Below, piece after piece: positions 51,825-64,000 of a DNA stretch of 64,000 bases. Positions within the stretch are counted from its first letter, which is position 1. Each line of letters opens with the position of its first letter. A model generated the notes under the pieces. That model was given only the letters and a program-made list of their open reading frames with translations. It was not told where the DNA came from and made no database searches. Source of the stretch: an uncultured Chloroflexia bacterium (GTDB lineage: Bacteria > Chloroflexota > Limnocylindria > Limnocylindrales > CSP1-4); the NCBI GenBank assembly GCA_963755285.1, contig CAVWJB010000005.1, positions 2,987 through 66,986 on the forward strand. Reading direction: 5' to 3'. The position numbers were made by a program, and so were the translations under genes.

Positions 51825-53700
51825 CTACTGGGGGTTGGTGACGGTGATGATGAACCGCGAGAGCGTCGTGCCGTCGCTCGTCCGGCTCGCGCCGGCGAGC
51901 ACGTCGAACGGCGCCAGGTACGGCTTGACGTCGGTCGCGTAGTTCGAGCCCGCGTCCTTGGCGACGAGTGGCTCGACGAGCTTCCGGATCGCGCCGATGT
52001 CGACATAGACGCTGCTGGCGTTGCTCGAACCGACCCGGCTCATGGCGTCGCGGTAGCGGGCCTGATCGGCCAGCGACGAGCCGGGCTTGACGTCGACGAT
52101 CGACTTCACCCAGGCCGGACCGGTACCGACGATCACGAGCCCGTCCTGGATCGTGTACGAGATCTCGACGTGGCCGCTCAACGGTTGCTTGAAGATGGTC
52201 AGGTCGCTCCCGCCCATCAGCTTGCTGACGTCACCGAGGTCGATCGTCGTGATCGTCCCCGAGCCGTACGGCTCGTCGCGGATCGTGATCCCGGCCGATC
52301 CGCCGGCCAGCGCCACGAGGTTGCGAAGCTGGGTCGCGAGCGCGGTCGCCTGGTCGACGTCGGTCGGGACGATCACGATGCCGCCACCCGGGGTGGACCC
52401 GTCGGCGGTGACGACGATCCCGACGTCGTCGACCCAGCCGACGAGCTTGTCGAGGCCGCCGAGCGCGGCCGCGGCCTGGTCGATCTGCTTGAAGGCGGCG
52501 GCCATCGGGCCCTTCCGCTGCAGGTCGAGCTGGTGCTGGAGCACCTTGCCCACGTCGTGGGACTCGGCCAGGGCGAGCGTGGTGGCGCGGAACGTGACGG
52601 GCGATGACGCTCTCCGAGCTGGCGACCGTCGGGGCGTCGGCCACGACCGGCGCGGCGAGCTCGCCGATGAGCGCATCGGACTCGATCCGGGCGCCGGAGG
52701 CGGCCCAGGCCGGGAGCTGGTCGAGCAGCGCCTTGTCCATCGCCGATCCGGCGACGGCACCCAGGTAGGACTTCAGGTCAACGTAGGTCCGGCTGACCAG
52801 GTCGTCGCTGAGCGTCGACATGGCGCTCGAGAACGCCTTCGAATCGGCCAGCCCGTCCTTGCCGTTGCGGTCGATGGCGGCCTTGACCGACGCCTCGTCA
52901 CCGACGAGCAGGACGCCGCCCGTGGCGGCTGCGGCGATCGTCGGGCCGACACCCTGGGGATAGACCGTCAGGGCCACGTTCTTGTAGGTCTGATCGCTGC
53001 CCGAGGTCGGCGACAGCGACTTGAGCCAGCCGATCGCGGCCGCCGGATCCTTCTGGCTGACGACGAGCAGGGCATGCACGTCCTTGGCAGTGTCCGACGA
53101 GTCGACGGCCAGCCTGGGCAGGCCGGACACCGACACGGCAATCTGGCCGCCGAACCACGGCTTGATCTCCTTCGACCAGTTGCGCTTCCCGTCGCTCGCC
53201 TTGTCGACGAGTCGGTCGAGGGTCTGGTCGAGCTTGGTCTCGAGCGTCGACTGGTCGGCAAAGCCCGGGAAGTGGGCGAGGAACCGGCCGAGGTTCTGGC
53301 GCTGATCGCCGGGCAGGTCGGCCCGGATCTCGACGTAGGCGACCGAGTCGGCAGGCGCCCAGGCCGAGACGAGCGAGCTGTTGGAGGCGCCGACGAGGGC
53401 GTACAAGCCCGCCCCCGACAGGGCGACGACGATCAGGGCGATGAGCCCGGCGATCGCCCATCGCGCCCGCGACGGTCGCCTGGGCGGCGGGACGGCCTGG
53501 ACCGGAGCCGTCGGCGTGACGGACGCGGCGGTCGGCTCGAGGCTGGCCTCGGCTGCCGTCCAGCTCGGTGCGGGATCCGGCTGGGCCGCCCGGGCCGGGC
53601 TCGGCTCGACTGGCGCGGTCGGCAGCGCGGCCGTGACCGGCTCGCCGGTCGGTGTGGCTCCGGTATCGGGCGACGGTCCGCCCAGGTTCTGCTCGCTCAT
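51825..53700 (-). CDS. DUF3352-like membrane-anchored protein (apparent +1 frameshift near 52590)
   Basis: TM segment, [19 protein letters not shown]; two ORFs join at HVP/ATTLA. Confidence 0.65.
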
Positions 53701-53719
53701 GGTGTTCGTACCCCCAGAC

Positions 53720-55051
53720 CTATCGACGCCCGATCATTCCGGCGGCGGCGCGGCGTCCGCCGGCCCCCGAGAACTGCTTCATCAGCTTCTGCATCTCGCC
53801 GAATTGCTTGACGAGCTTGTTGACCTCGGTCAGCTCGGTCCCGGCGCCGGCGGCGATCCGGCGGCGGCGCGACGCATTGAGGATCGCCGGCTCGCGCCGC
53901 TCGCGCGGGGTCATCGAGCGGATGATCGCCTCGATCCGGCTCAGGTCCCCGCGATCGACCGCGGCCTGGGCCTCCTTGGCCATCCCGCCCATGCCGGGCA
54001 GCATGCCCATGATCTGGCCGAGCGGCCCCATCTTCTGGATCTGCTGGAGCTGATCGAGGAAGTCCTCGAGCGTGAAGCTGCCCTTGCGCAGCTTCTCCTC
54101 CATCTTGGCCGACTGCTGCTGGTCGAACGTCTCCTGGGCGCGCTCGACGAGGGTCAGCACGTCGCCCATCCCGAGGATTCGCCCGGCCAGCCGGTCCGGG
54201 TGGAACACCTCGAGGGCGTCGGTCTTCTCGCCGGTCCCGAGGAACTTCACCGGGAGCCCGGTCACGGCACTGATCGACAGGGCCGCGCCGCCGCGGGCGT
54301 CGCCATCGATCTTGGTCAGGACGAGGCCGGTCAGCGGCACGGTCCGGTGGAAGGCCTCGGCGACGGCGACCGACTCCTGGCCGGTCATCGCGTCGACGAC
54401 GAGCAGCGTCTCGACCGGCTTGACCGCGGCCGCGACCTCCGCGATCTCGGCCATCAGCGCCTCGTCGACGGTCAGCCGTCCGGCAGTGTCGACGATGACC
54501 GTGTCACGGACCTCGCGCCGGGCCGCCTCGACGCCGCCCCGGGCGGTCTCGACGACCGAGGCGCCGGCGGGGGGTCGATAGACGGGGATGCCGAGGCTCT
54601 TGCCGAGCGTCTCGAGCTGGTCGATCGCGTTCGGCCGGTACGGGTCGGCCGCGACGAGCAGCGGGCGCCGTCCGAGCTTGACGACGTGCCGCGCGAGCTT
54701 CGCGGCGGTCGTCGTCTTGCCCGAGCCCTGGAGCCCGGCCACGAGCACGACCGCCGGGTTGCCCTGGAGGTGGAACGTCTGGTCGCCGCCTGACAGCAGG
54801 GCGATGAGCTCTTCGTTGACGATCGCCACGACCTGCTGGCCGGCGGTCAGGCTGTGCAGGATGTCCGCCCCGACCGCGCGCTCGCGGACGCGGGCGATGA
54901 AGTCCTTGACGACCCTGAAGTTGACGTCGGCCTCGAGCAGGCTCAGCCGGATCTCGCGCATCGCCGCGTCGACGTCGGCCTCGCTGATCCGGCCCCGGCC
55001 GGTCAGGTCGCCGAGGGTCTTGCGCAGGCGCTCGCTGAGCGTGTCGAACAT
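53720..55051 (-). CDS. ffh: Signal recognition particle protein
   Basis: LLEADV, GLQGSGKTT, DTAGR, DGDARGG, M domain. Confidence 0.97.
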   Translation of the reverse strand: MFDTLSERLRKTLGDLTGRGRISEADVDAAMREIRLSLLEADVNFRVVKDFIARVRERAVGADILHSLTAGQQVVAIVNEELIALLSGGDQTFHLQGNPAVVLVAGLQGSGKTTTAAKLARHVVKLGRRPLLVAADPYRPNAIDQLETLGKSLGIPVYRPPAGASVVETARGGVEAARREVRDTVIVDTAGRLTVDEALMAEIAEVAAAVKPVETLLVVDAMTGQESVAVAEAFHRTVPLTGLVLTKIDGDARGGAALSISAVTGLPVKFLGTGEKTDALEVFHPDRLAGRILGMGDVLTLVERAQETFDQQQSAKMEEKLRKGSFTLEDFLDQLQQIQKMGPLGQIMGMLPGMGGMAKEAQAAVDRGDLSRIEAIIRSMTPRERREPAILNASRRRRIAAGAGTELTEVNKLVKQFGEMQKLMKQFSGAGGRRAAAGMIGRR

Positions 55052-55232
55052 CCGGTCAGGTGGCTCCATTCGGCTCGGCGGGGCGACGGATGCGGTCGCT
55101 CCGGGTGGCGCACGGGTTCTGGTGCGCCGAGGCGCCCGAAGTGTAGCGCATCGGCCTCCGAGCCCCCCATGACCCGATCGGCCGCTGCGGTGCCGCCGCG
55201 CACAGGACCGAGCGACGCGCCACGATGAGGCG

Positions 55233-56534
55233 ATGACCGGCGACGCCCGTCCCGTGGCCTCAGTCTGGCGCAACGGCGTCTTCGTCCGGCTCTGGCTGGC
55301 CGGCACGATCTCGATCTTCGGCTCGCTCGTGACCCGAACCGCGCTGCCGTTCGCGGCGATCCTCGTCCTCGGCGCCGGTCCGATCCAGATCGCGATCCTG
55401 CGCTCGCTCCAGCTCGTGCCCGGGTTGCTGCTCGGTCTGTTCGCCGGGGCCTGGGTCGACCGGCTTCGCCGGCGCCCGATCATGATCGCCGCGGACCTCG
55501 GCCGGGCCGTCCTGCTGGCCTCGATCCCGGTCGCCGCGGTGGCCGGGGTCCTCGGTCTCGGCCAGCTCTATCTCGTGACGTTCCTCGCCGCCGGCCTGAC
55601 GACGTTCTTCGACGTGGCCGACCGGGCCTACCTGCCGACGGTGGTCGAGCCGGACCAGCTGGTCCCGGCGAACAGCGCCCTGACCGCCAGCGCGTCGGTC
55701 GCCGAGTTCTCGGCGTTCGGGATCAGCGGCTTCCTCATCCAGCTGTTCAGCGCACCCCTGGCGATCGCCGTCGACGCGGTGTCGTTCCTGGTCTCGGCGC
55801 TGTTCCTCGGGTCGATCCGGCGACCCGAGCCGGCCCGGCCACCGGTCGAGACGCGCGAGCCGGTCGTCCAGGAGATCCGCGCGGGACTCACGATCATCCG
55901 GGGGTCGCCGATCCTGCGCGCGCTGGCCGGGGCGGGCGCCGCCTCCCACGTCCTGTGGGGCGTGTTCGGGACGTCGTACCTGCTGTTCGCGAGCCAGGAC
56001 CTGGGGCTCGGTCCGGCGGCGATCGGAGTGATCGCCGGCCTGGGCGGAGCCGGCGCCTTCGTCGGGGCGGTCCTCGTCGGCCGGTCGGAGCGACGCTTCG
56101 GCGTCGGCGGGACGATCGTGATCGGGATGATCGGGTTCACGATCGGCAGCGCGTTCATCCCGCTCGCGCCGTCCGGGGCACTCGTCCTCGGGGCGGCCTT
56201 CCTCATCGTCCAGCAGCTCGTCGGCGACTGTGCCGGGACCCTGTTCGAGGTCAGCCAGGTGTCGCTGACCCAGTCGGTCGTCGACAACCGGGCGCTGGGG
56301 CGGGTCAGCGGCTCGATCCGGTTCTTCGAGGACATCTTCCAGCTCGTCGGATCGATCGCCGGGGGCGTCATCGCCGAGCTCGTCGGCCTGCGGGCGTCGA
56401 TGGCGTTCGGCGTCCTCGGCGGGCTGATCGCGGTGGCGTTCCTGTGGTTCTCGCCGATCCCGCGACTGCGGACGATGCCCGAGCGTCCGTTGATCCCGGC
56501 CCTGCCGGGCGAGGAGGTGCCGCTGACCGAGTAG
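55233..56534 (+). CDS. MFS transporter (efflux-type)
   Basis: GAWVDRLRRRPIMIAADLGRA, about 12 TM segments. Confidence 0.9.
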   Translation: MTGDARPVASVWRNGVFVRLWLAGTISIFGSLVTRTALPFAAILVLGAGPIQIAILRSLQLVPGLLLGLFAGAWVDRLRRRPIMIAADLGRAVLLASIPVAAVAGVLGLGQLYLVTFLAAGLTTFFDVADRAYLPTVVEPDQLVPANSALTASASVAEFSAFGISGFLIQLFSAPLAIAVDAVSFLVSALFLGSIRRPEPARPPVETREPVVQEIRAGLTIIRGSPILRALAGAGAASHVLWGVFGTSYLLFASQDLGLGPAAIGVIAGLGGAGAFVGAVLVGRSERRFGVGGTIVIGMIGFTIGSAFIPLAPSGALVLGAAFLIVQQLVGDCAGTLFEVSQVSLTQSVVDNRALGRVSGSIRFFEDIFQLVGSIAGGVIAELVGLRASMAFGVLGGLIAVAFLWFSPIPRLRTMPERPLIPALPGEEVPLTE

Positions 56535-56538
56535 GCCC

Positions 56539-57658
56539 CTAGGCGAACAGGGCGGCGACGAAGGCCTCCGGGTCGAACGGCAGGAGATCGCCGACCTTCT
56601 CCCCCACCCCGACGAAGCGGACCGGGACCCCGAGCGCGTTCTCGATCGCGAACACGATCCCGCCCTTCGAGGTCGAGTCGAGCTTGGTGAGGACGACCCC
56701 GGTCAGCCCGACGGCCTGGTGGAAGGCGAGCGCCTGAGCGAGGCCGTTCTGGCCGGTCGTCGCGTCGAGCACGAAGAGCGTCTCCGGGCGGGCCCCCGGC
56801 AGCCGCTTGTCGACGATCCGGCGGACCTTCGCCAGCTCGTCCATCAGGTTGACCTTGGTGTGGAGCCTCCCGGCCGTGTCGGCGATGACGACGTCGATCC
56901 CGCGGGCCACCGCCGCGTCGAGGGCGTCGAACACGACGGCGCCGGGATCGGCCCCCGGGGCATGGGCGACGATCTGGGCGCCCGACCGCTCGGCCCAGGT
57001 GCCGAGCTGCTCGATCGCCGCGGCCCGGAACGTGTCGGCGGCGGCGAGGAGGACGGTCAACCCCTCGCTGCGATACCGGCTGGCGAGCTTCCCGATCGTC
57101 GTCGTCTTGCCGGTCCCGTTCACGCCGACGACGAGGATCACCGCCGGGCTGCCCGGGCCGGCCGGCTGCGGGCGCCACTCGGCGGCGTCGCGCGGAATGA
57201 GGAGGGCGGCCAGCTCCGCCCGGACCGCGGCCTCCGGGCCGTCCGGGTCGCGTCGGGCCCTCGCCCGCTCGACGACGTCCATCGCCAGGCTCGCACCGAC
57301 GTCGCCGGCGATGAGCGTCTCCTCGACGTCGTCCCAGGACGGGCCGCCCGGACCTCCACCGAGGAAGCCGCGCAGCCGGCCGACGAAGCCCGTCCGGCTC
57401 TTCTCGAGACCGGCGACGAGGTCCGCCTGGGCGTCCGGCGAGATCCAGCCGGGCACCGGACCCCTGTCGTCGGCCGGGGTGGCGATCGGTGCCGCGACCG
57501 GGGGGTCGATGTCGGCAGGCGCGGGCGAGTCCTCGAAGTCGGTCGGGTCCGGCTCCCAGTCGGGCGGGGCGTCCTCGGGCGTCCGCCACTGGGGCGGCGG
57601 TCGAATCGACCGACAGCTCCTCGACAGGCTCGTCCTGCGGCTTCCGACGCCAGAACAC
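56539..57658 (-). CDS. ftsY: SRP receptor FtsY (apparent +1 frameshift near 57600)
   Basis: GVNGTGKTTTIGK, DTFRAAA, DTAGRLH. Confidence 0.95.
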
Positions 57659-57663
57659 CGCGC

Positions 57664-60600
57664 CTAGCTCGCGACCGGGTCGAGCGCCCCGGCGCCGTTC
57701 CCCGCGGACTTCGCGGCGATCGCGGTCGCCTCGTCGAGCCGAAGGCTGATCACCCGGCTGACCGAGTCGTCGCCGACGGTCACGCCATACAGTGCGTCGG
57801 CCGCTTCGATCGTGCCCCGGTTGTGGGTGATCACGATGAACTGGGTCGTCCCGGCCAGCCCGCGCAGGGCGTCGGAGAAGCGTCCGACGTTCGCTTCGTC
57901 GAGGGCGGCGTCGACCTCGTCGAGGACGCAGAACGGGACCGGCCGGACCTCGAGCATGGCGAACAGCAGGGCCACGGCCGTCAGCGACCGCTCGCCGCCC
58001 GACAGCATCGCCAGCGCCTGGGCCTTCTTGCCCGGCGGGCGAGCGACGATCTCGACGCCGGTCGTCGCCAGGTCGTCCGGGTCGGTCAGCTCGAGTCGGG
58101 CGAAGCCGCCGCCGAACAGCTGCTTGAACCGCGCGTCGAAGGCCGCCTCGAGCGCACGGAACGTCGCCTGGAACTGGACCGTGATCATCGTCGTGAGCTC
58201 GTCGATGAGCGTCCTCGTCCGGGCGATCGCATCACGCAGGTCGGCGCCCTGGGTCTCGAGTCCCTGGACCCGGCTCTTCAGCTCGGCATACTCGTCGACC
58301 GCGAACGGGTTGGCGGCGCCGAGCTCGTGATAGCGCCGCCGAAGGGCCGCCAGCCGTCCCGGGGCCGGCGGGTCGGTCGCCGGCGGGGCCGCTTCCCAGG
58401 CCGGCAGGACGTGCGGCAGGATCGCCTCGAGCTGGGCCGCCTCGACGTCGTCGTCCAGGTCGCCGGCCGTCGAGTCGCCCGGAGCCGCGGCCACGATCGG
58501 CAAGGCGGCTTCGGCCGCATCGGGCGGACCCGACGGAGCGCCGGCTGCGGCCTCGAGCGCTCGGACCCCGACCGAGCCGATCCCGGCCAGCTCGACGAGG
58601 ACCTGCTCCCGGATGGCGTCCAGACCGAGCCGCGCCTCGAGCTCGGCGACTTCGGCTGCCCGGACCCGTTCGTCGGCTGCCCGCAGCCGCTCGCGCGCCG
58701 CGCTCGCCGCCGCCTCCGCGGCGAGGAGGCGATCGCGGTCGGCCGAGTCCGCGGCGCGGAGCTCCTCGAGGACGTCCCGGGCCGACGCTTCGCGCGACTG
58801 TGCGGCGGCGACCTCGACCGACAGCCGATCGCGGTCGGCCAGGGCAGACGCCTCGCGCTCGGCGAGGGCACGCTCGTCGGACTCCGCCCGGGCGATCCGC
58901 TGCTCGTCGTAGGTCGCCGCCGCGATGGCCCGGGCCACGACCGCCTGGGCGTCCCGGCGCACCCCGTCGACGGCCGCCTGCTGCGCGCCGAGTCGATCGC
59001 GCCGCGCGCGCAGGTCGGTAGCCCGCGCCTGCCACGTCGCGAGCGCAGACGGGTCGTCGAGCGCGGTGCCGTCGGCGCCGGCCTTGTCGGCCACGGCCTG
59101 CGAGCCCAGGTCCAGCGAATCGAGCGCTTCCCGGGCGCGGACGGCCTCCGCCTCGAGCCGGTCGGCCTGCGCCGCAGCCCAGCCGGCCTCGCGCGCGGCA
59201 CCTTCGGCGGCGCGACCGGCCGCCCGCTCCGTCTCATCGGCCGCCCGACGCGCGGCCGCCGAGGCGGCCTCATCGGCGCGGGCCGCGGCGAGGCGTTCTC
59301 GGGCCGTCGCGGCCGCGGCAAGTGCCGCCTCGGCGGCCGTTTGTCGCTCGCCGGCATCGGCCTCGAGGGCCGACAGCTCGGTCTCCAGGCGCTCGAGCTC
59401 CGCCCGTCGCTCGAGCGTGCCGTCGCCGCGACCGAGCGCGATCGCGACCTGGCCGGCGACCGCTCGCCCGTCGCGGCTGACGACGATCCAGCCATCGGGC
59501 AGGACCGCCTGGAGCTCGACCAGCGCGGCGACGTCCGGGACCCAGGCGGCACGCTCGAGGATCCGCCGGGCCGCGCCGGCGCGGTCCCGCCGGAGCGCGT
59601 CGGCCAGGATCCCGCCACCGAGCTCGACCAGCCGCTCGTGGAAGGCTGGGTCGCGCGCTGCGGGCACGGCCACCACCCCGTCGACGACGACCATTCCGCG
59701 CTCGCCGGCCAGCCCGACGACCGCGTCGCGTCCGACCAGATAGGCGCGAGCGGCCTCACCGAGGGCCGCCTCGACGGCGGCCCGCAACCCGGGATCGACC
59801 TGGAGGTCCTCGTCGAGACGCTGGCCACCGACGCGGCGCGCGGCCCGGGCGATCCCACGGGCCTCCTCATCCGCGGCCCGCTGCCGCAGGGCCTGCACGC
59901 TGCCGCGCAGGGCGGCGACCCGCGAACCGGCACCGGTCGCGGCCTCGGCCGCGGCCCGGCTGGCCCCGTCGGCTTCGTCGGCTGCCGATCGGGCGGCCTC
60001 GCGTCGATCGATCGCCTCGCGCTCGGCGGCCCGGGCAACGACGGCGGCCTCGGTCGCCGCGCCATGGACCGTCTCGAGCGCCTCTCGGTCGAGTCGAGCC
60101 GCAGTCGGCGAGAGCCCGCTCCTCCGACGAGCGGCGCTCGGCCTCGGCGAGCCGGCGACGGGCGGCCTCGTGCTCCGCGACCCGGGCCGACTCGGCTCGC
60201 CGGAGCGTGGCCAGCTCGTCGCCCCGCGCCTGTCGAGCGGCCTGCAGGGATCCGATCTCCTGGAGCGCCTCGGACAGTGCCCGGTCCGCGTCGGCCAGGG
60301 CTGCCTCGAGCGCGAGGTCCGGCTCGGGCACGGGCAACGCGGCCTCGCGTCGCCGGAGGACCAGGTCCGACTCAGCCGTTGCCCGCTCGCCGACCAGCCG
60401 CTCCCGATCGCGCGCAACGGCACCGAGGTCGGCGGTCAGGCGTGCCTCGCGGAGCTGGAGCTCGGCGAGCGCGGCGCGGGCGACCTCGTATGCCTCGCGC
60501 CGGCCCCGCTCGAGCTCGGCCCGCGCGCCGAGCGACGCCGACAGGGCGGCTGCCGATCCCTCGGCCTCGGTCAGCTCGGCCATCGCCAGGTCGGCGTCCG

Positions 60601-61366
60601 CCTGAGCCCGGCGCAGCCGGTCGGCCGCCGCCCGTCCCCGGCCGGATGCCTCGTACCAGCGCCCATGGGCCGCGGCGACGAGTGCCGCCGCGAGCTCGTC
60701 CCCGGCCGAGGCGCGGGTGACCTGCTGCTCGGCCTGGGCGGCCAGCCGGCGAGCCTGGGGGCGCAGCTCGGCCAGGATGTCGTCGACCCGGGCGAGGTTC
60801 GTCTCGGCCTCGGCGAGCTGCTCCTCCGCCTTCCGCCGACGGCGCTCGTGGCGGCGGACACCCGCGACCTCCTCGAACAGTGGCCGCCGCTCCTCGGGAC
60901 GCAGCGCCAGCGCCTGGTCGACCATCCCCTGGCCGATGAACAGGAAGGCGTTGTCGGCGAGGTGAGCCGAGTCGAGCAGCTCGACGAGGTCGCGCAGGCG
61001 CACCCGCTGCTTGTTGAGCAGGTAGTCGTTCTCGCCCGACCGGTACAGCCGCCGGCCGAGCTCGAGCACGCCGTACTCGACCGGGAGGAGCCGGTCGGCG
61101 TTGTCGAGGACGAGCGTGACGTCGGCCATGCCGAGGGCAGCCCGCCGGTCGGACCCGGCGAAGATCACGTCCTCGCTCTTGCGGCTGCGGAGCGCCCGGC
61201 CCTGCTCGCCGAGCGCCCAGCGCAGGGCATCGGCCAGGTTGCTCTTGCCCGAGCCGTTCGGTCCGACGACCGCGCTGATCCCGGGCCCGAACTCGACCAC
61301 CGTCCGCTCGGCGAACGACTTGAAGCCCTGGAGCCGGAGGGCAAGGAGCCGGGCGGGCGCGGTCAC
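57664..61366 (-). CDS. smc: Chromosome segregation protein SMC (apparent +1 frameshift near 60105)
   Basis: [15 protein letters not shown]; [18 protein letters not shown]. Confidence 0.94.
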
Positions 61367-62064
61367 GCCGGCGTCGTCTCGCGCAGACCCGGAAGCGCGG
61401 CCTCGGCCGCTGCGATCTCGGCCGACTTCTGCGACCGGCCCTCGCCGGTGCCGAGGACGGCGCCGCCGACCGACACCTCGACCCGGAACAGCTTCTCGTG
61501 GTCCGGCCCGCTCGCGTCGATCAGCCGGTAGTGCGGTCGCTCGCCGTTCGTCCGCTGGGTGTGCTCCTGGAGCCGGCTCTTGGCGCTCTTCAGGCTCGAC
61601 AACGGGGCGTCGCTGGTCAGCTCCGGGGCCGCCTGGTCGAGCAGCCAGTCGCGGGCGACGTCATAGCCCAGGTCGAGGTAGATCGCCCCGACGAGCGCCT
61701 CGAAGCCGGAGGCGAGCAGGCTGACCCGGGTCCGGCCGTCCCGGCGCGATTCGCCCTCGCCCAGCCGGAGCGCCTCGCCGAGGTCGATCCGCCGGGCGAT
61801 CCGGGCCAGGCCGGCAGCGCTGACGATCGCCGCCCGGCGCGCCGACAGGACCCCCTCGTCCTCGGTCGGGCGGAGACGGAAGAGCGCCTCTCCGATGACC
61901 AGGGTGACGACCGCGTCACCCAGGAACTCGAGGCGCTCGTTGTGACCGCTGACGGTTTCGCGGTGCTCGTGGAGGTAGCTGCTGTGGGTCAGGGCCTGCT
62001 CGAGCAGGTCGTGGTCGCGGATCGGGAGGCCGAGGCGTGCCGCGAAGTCATCGGCCGAGCGCAT
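61363..62064 (-). CDS. rnc: Ribonuclease III
   Basis: [11 protein letters not shown], dsRBD. Confidence 0.96.
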   Translation of the reverse strand: MRSADDFAARLGLPIRDHDLLEQALTHSSYLHEHRETVSGHNERLEFLGDAVVTLVIGEALFRLRPTEDEGVLSARRAAIVSAAGLARIARRIDLGEALRLGEGESRRDGRTRVSLLASGFEALVGAIYLDLGYDVARDWLLDQAAPELTSDAPLSSLKSAKSRLQEHTQRTNGERPHYRLIDASGPDHEKLFRVEVSVGGAVLGTGEGRSQKSAEIAAAEAALPGLRETTPA

Positions 62065-62086
62065 CGGGCCCCGCGCGGTCTCCCGG

Positions 62087-62323
62087 CTAGGAGGAGCGCT
62101 CGTCGATGTACTCGACGGCGTCACCGACGGTCCGGATCTTCTCGGCGTCCTCGTCGCTGATCTCGGTCCCGAACTCCTCTTCGAGGCTCATGATCAGCTC
62201 GACCAGATCGAGGGAGTCCGCGTTGAGGTCGTCGACGAACGACGCCTCGGGCTTGACGTCTTCTTCTTCGACGCCCAGCTGCTCGACCACGATCTTCTTG
62301 AGCCGCTCGTAGGTGGTGGCCAA
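62087..62323 (-). CDS. acpP: Acyl carrier protein
   Basis: [14 protein letters not shown]; SD before TTG. Confidence 0.96.
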   Translation of the reverse strand: MATTYERLKKIVVEQLGVEEEDVKPEASFVDDLNADSLDLVELIMSLEEEFGTEISDEDAEKIRTVGDAVEYIDERSS

Positions 62324-62354
62324 CTGACTCCCTCCTCGGAGCTCGATCACCCGG

Positions 62355-62801
62355 TCAGGCGCCAGGTCGATCGCTTGCGATCCTGCCCAGCACGCCATTG
62401 ATCAGGCGTCGCGCCGGGTCACCACTGTAGGTGCGTGCGAGGTCGACCCACTCGGCGATCGCCACACGGGCCGGCGTCGTGCCGGAGTGTAGCACCTCAC
62501 CGATGCCGCAACGCAGGAGCGCCCGGTCCATCCGGGCGAGCTGGACGACCGGGTATTGCGGGGCGGTTCGCTCGATCAGGGCGTCGATCTCGTCGCGCTT
62601 GTCGACGACGACCGAGACCAGCCGGCGACTGAACGTCGCGGTCGCCGGATCGGCCTCGATCCCGGCCAGGTGGCGCTCGAGGACGGCGGTTGCCGTGCGC
62701 TGGCCGAACTCGGCCTCGAAGACGGCCGCCAGGGCGAGCCGGCGGCCCGCCCGAGCCGTCCGGGCGACGTCCGATCGACCGGGCTGGGCTGGATCGGCCA
62801 C
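62355..62801 (-). CDS. nusB: Antitermination factor NusB
   Basis: [23 protein letters not shown]. Confidence 0.92.
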   Translation of the reverse strand: MADPAQPGRSDVARTARAGRRLALAAVFEAEFGQRTATAVLERHLAGIEADPATATFSRRLVSVVVDKRDEIDALIERTAPQYPVVQLARMDRALLRCGIGEVLHSGTTPARVAIAEWVDLARTYSGDPARRLINGVLGRIASDRPGA

Positions 62802-62803
62802 CC

Positions 62804-63124
62804 TCAGGAGCCGACGCCGTCGACGACGATCACGATCTCGCCGACCTCGAGATCGACGAGCCGCTCGATCGCCGCCGAGACCGCCTCGCGGACCTGGCGG
62901 GTGAGCGGAACCAGCGGATGGCCCGGCCGGGCCACGATCGCGAGGCGGGCGTCGACCCGCCGGCCGTCGAGCCGCGCGACGACCGACCGGCCGCCGCGCA
63001 GGATCGCCAGCCAGCGCGGTCCGGGGCGATCGACCCGGACCACCCCGGGAACCTCCATCGCTGCCAGCCGGATGAGCTCGTCGACGACGTCGCGGGCGAC
63101 GCTGAGATCGGCCGATCGGGTCAT
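62804..63124 (-). CDS. Asp23/Gls24 family protein
   Basis: IRLAAMEVPGV...QVREAV...IVVDGV. Confidence 0.8.
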   Translation of the reverse strand: MTRSADLSVARDVVDELIRLAAMEVPGVVRVDRPGPRWLAILRGGRSVVARLDGRRVDARLAIVARPGHPLVPLTRQVREAVSAAIERLVDLEVGEIVIVVDGVGS

Positions 63125-64000
63125 CGGTCCGCCTCGATCGCCTCTGCCGGTCTCGGCCTGGTGGCCACCGGTCACCTCTCCGATCGGCGAGCCGGCGGCA
63201 GCCGCAGCCGCGGCCGCGTCGGCCAGCCGGGTCGGCTCCCCGCGGAACGTCTCGGCGATGAGATCGGGGATCCGCGCCCGCGCCGAAGCGGCGGCGACGC
63301 CGAGCGCGAAGCCGACCATCCGCCGCTTCGCCCGGCCGTGGGTGATGATCACGGTGCCCTTGACCCCGAGCAGCGGCGAGCCGCCGAACCGCTCGTAGTC
63401 GAAGATCGTCCGGATCCGGTCGACGCCGGGCTTCATGAGGGCGTAGGCGAGCGGGCCCCGGGGCGGACGGCGGAACTCGGCCGCGATGAGGTCGAAGATG
63501 AACGTCGAGAGGCCCTCGAAGAACTTGATCACGACGTTCCCGACGACGGCATCGCAGACGACGACGTCGGCCATGTGCCGGACCAGGTCCTTGCCCTCGA
63601 CGTTGCCGACGAACTGGAGGTCGGACTGGTCGAGCAGGCCGGTCGCCTCGGCGATCCGGGCGTCGCCCTTGCCGCGCTCCTCGCCGATCGACAGGAGCGC
63701 GACCCGCGGCCGCGCGACGCCGAGGACCTTCTCGGCGAACAGCGCGCCCATCTCGGCGTACTGGTAGAGGTTCTCGCCGGTCGAGTCGGGATTGGCCCCG
63801 ATGTCGAGGAGGACGAACGGCCCGGACTCGGTGATCATCTGGACCGCGAGGGCCGGCCGATCGACGCCGGCCAGCCGCCCGAGGCGGAGGATCGCGGCCG
63901 CGTAGGCCGCGCCGGTGTGCCCGGCGGTGACGACCGCGTCGGCCTCGCCGCGGCGGACGAGGTCGGTGGCGACGAGGATCGAGGCGTCCTTCTTCTCGCG
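63121..64000 (-). CDS. plsX: Phosphate acyltransferase PlsX (5' partial; stop likely lost to +1 indel)
   Basis: AGHTGA, GVDRPAL, LDIGAN, GNVEG, HG. Confidence 0.93.

Noticed and set aside
55052-55232. SRP RNA next to ffh
   Set aside because: No conserved domain IV motif (CAGG...GGAA...AGCAG) on either strand; looks like a divergent promoter region
62804-64000. Apparent PlsX-Asp23 fusion ORF
   Set aside because: An ATGA overlap at 63121-63124 lies exactly +1 from the plsX frame, matching the window's insertion-error pattern

Overview
High-GC bacterial chromosome segment with mostly minus-strand genes. Gene order and protein style suggest Chloroflexota, possibly Limnocylindria (inference only). 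Bases 18.5-64 kb are core genome: plsX-asp23-nusB-acpP-rnc-smc-ftsY, ffh-DUF3352-rpsP-khpA-rimM-trmD-rplS-rnhB, yraN, rpsB-tsf-pyrH-frr-uppS-cdsA-dxr-rseP-ispG, nusA-ylxR-infB-rbfA-nrnA-truB-ribF-rpsO-pnp-asd-udg-rnj-ftsK-rodZ-cinA-murC. Bases 1-18.5 kb are accessory genes (oxidoreductase, MFS, TPR-cyclase, secreted proteins, AlkZ, amidase, TPP enzyme, YajQ, MBL-Rieske, PIN). The standout is an 861-aa PNPase with a complete DEDDh 3'-5' exonuclease domain inserted in its helical domain, with a structured leader that occludes its SD sequence. Also notable: a RibF with a degenerate kinase domain, a nusA leader terminator without rimP, an apparent GTA start for ylxR, and nine frame breaks that all equal a +1 insertion (probably sequencing error). 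I saw no tRNA, rRNA, CRISPR array or transposase.
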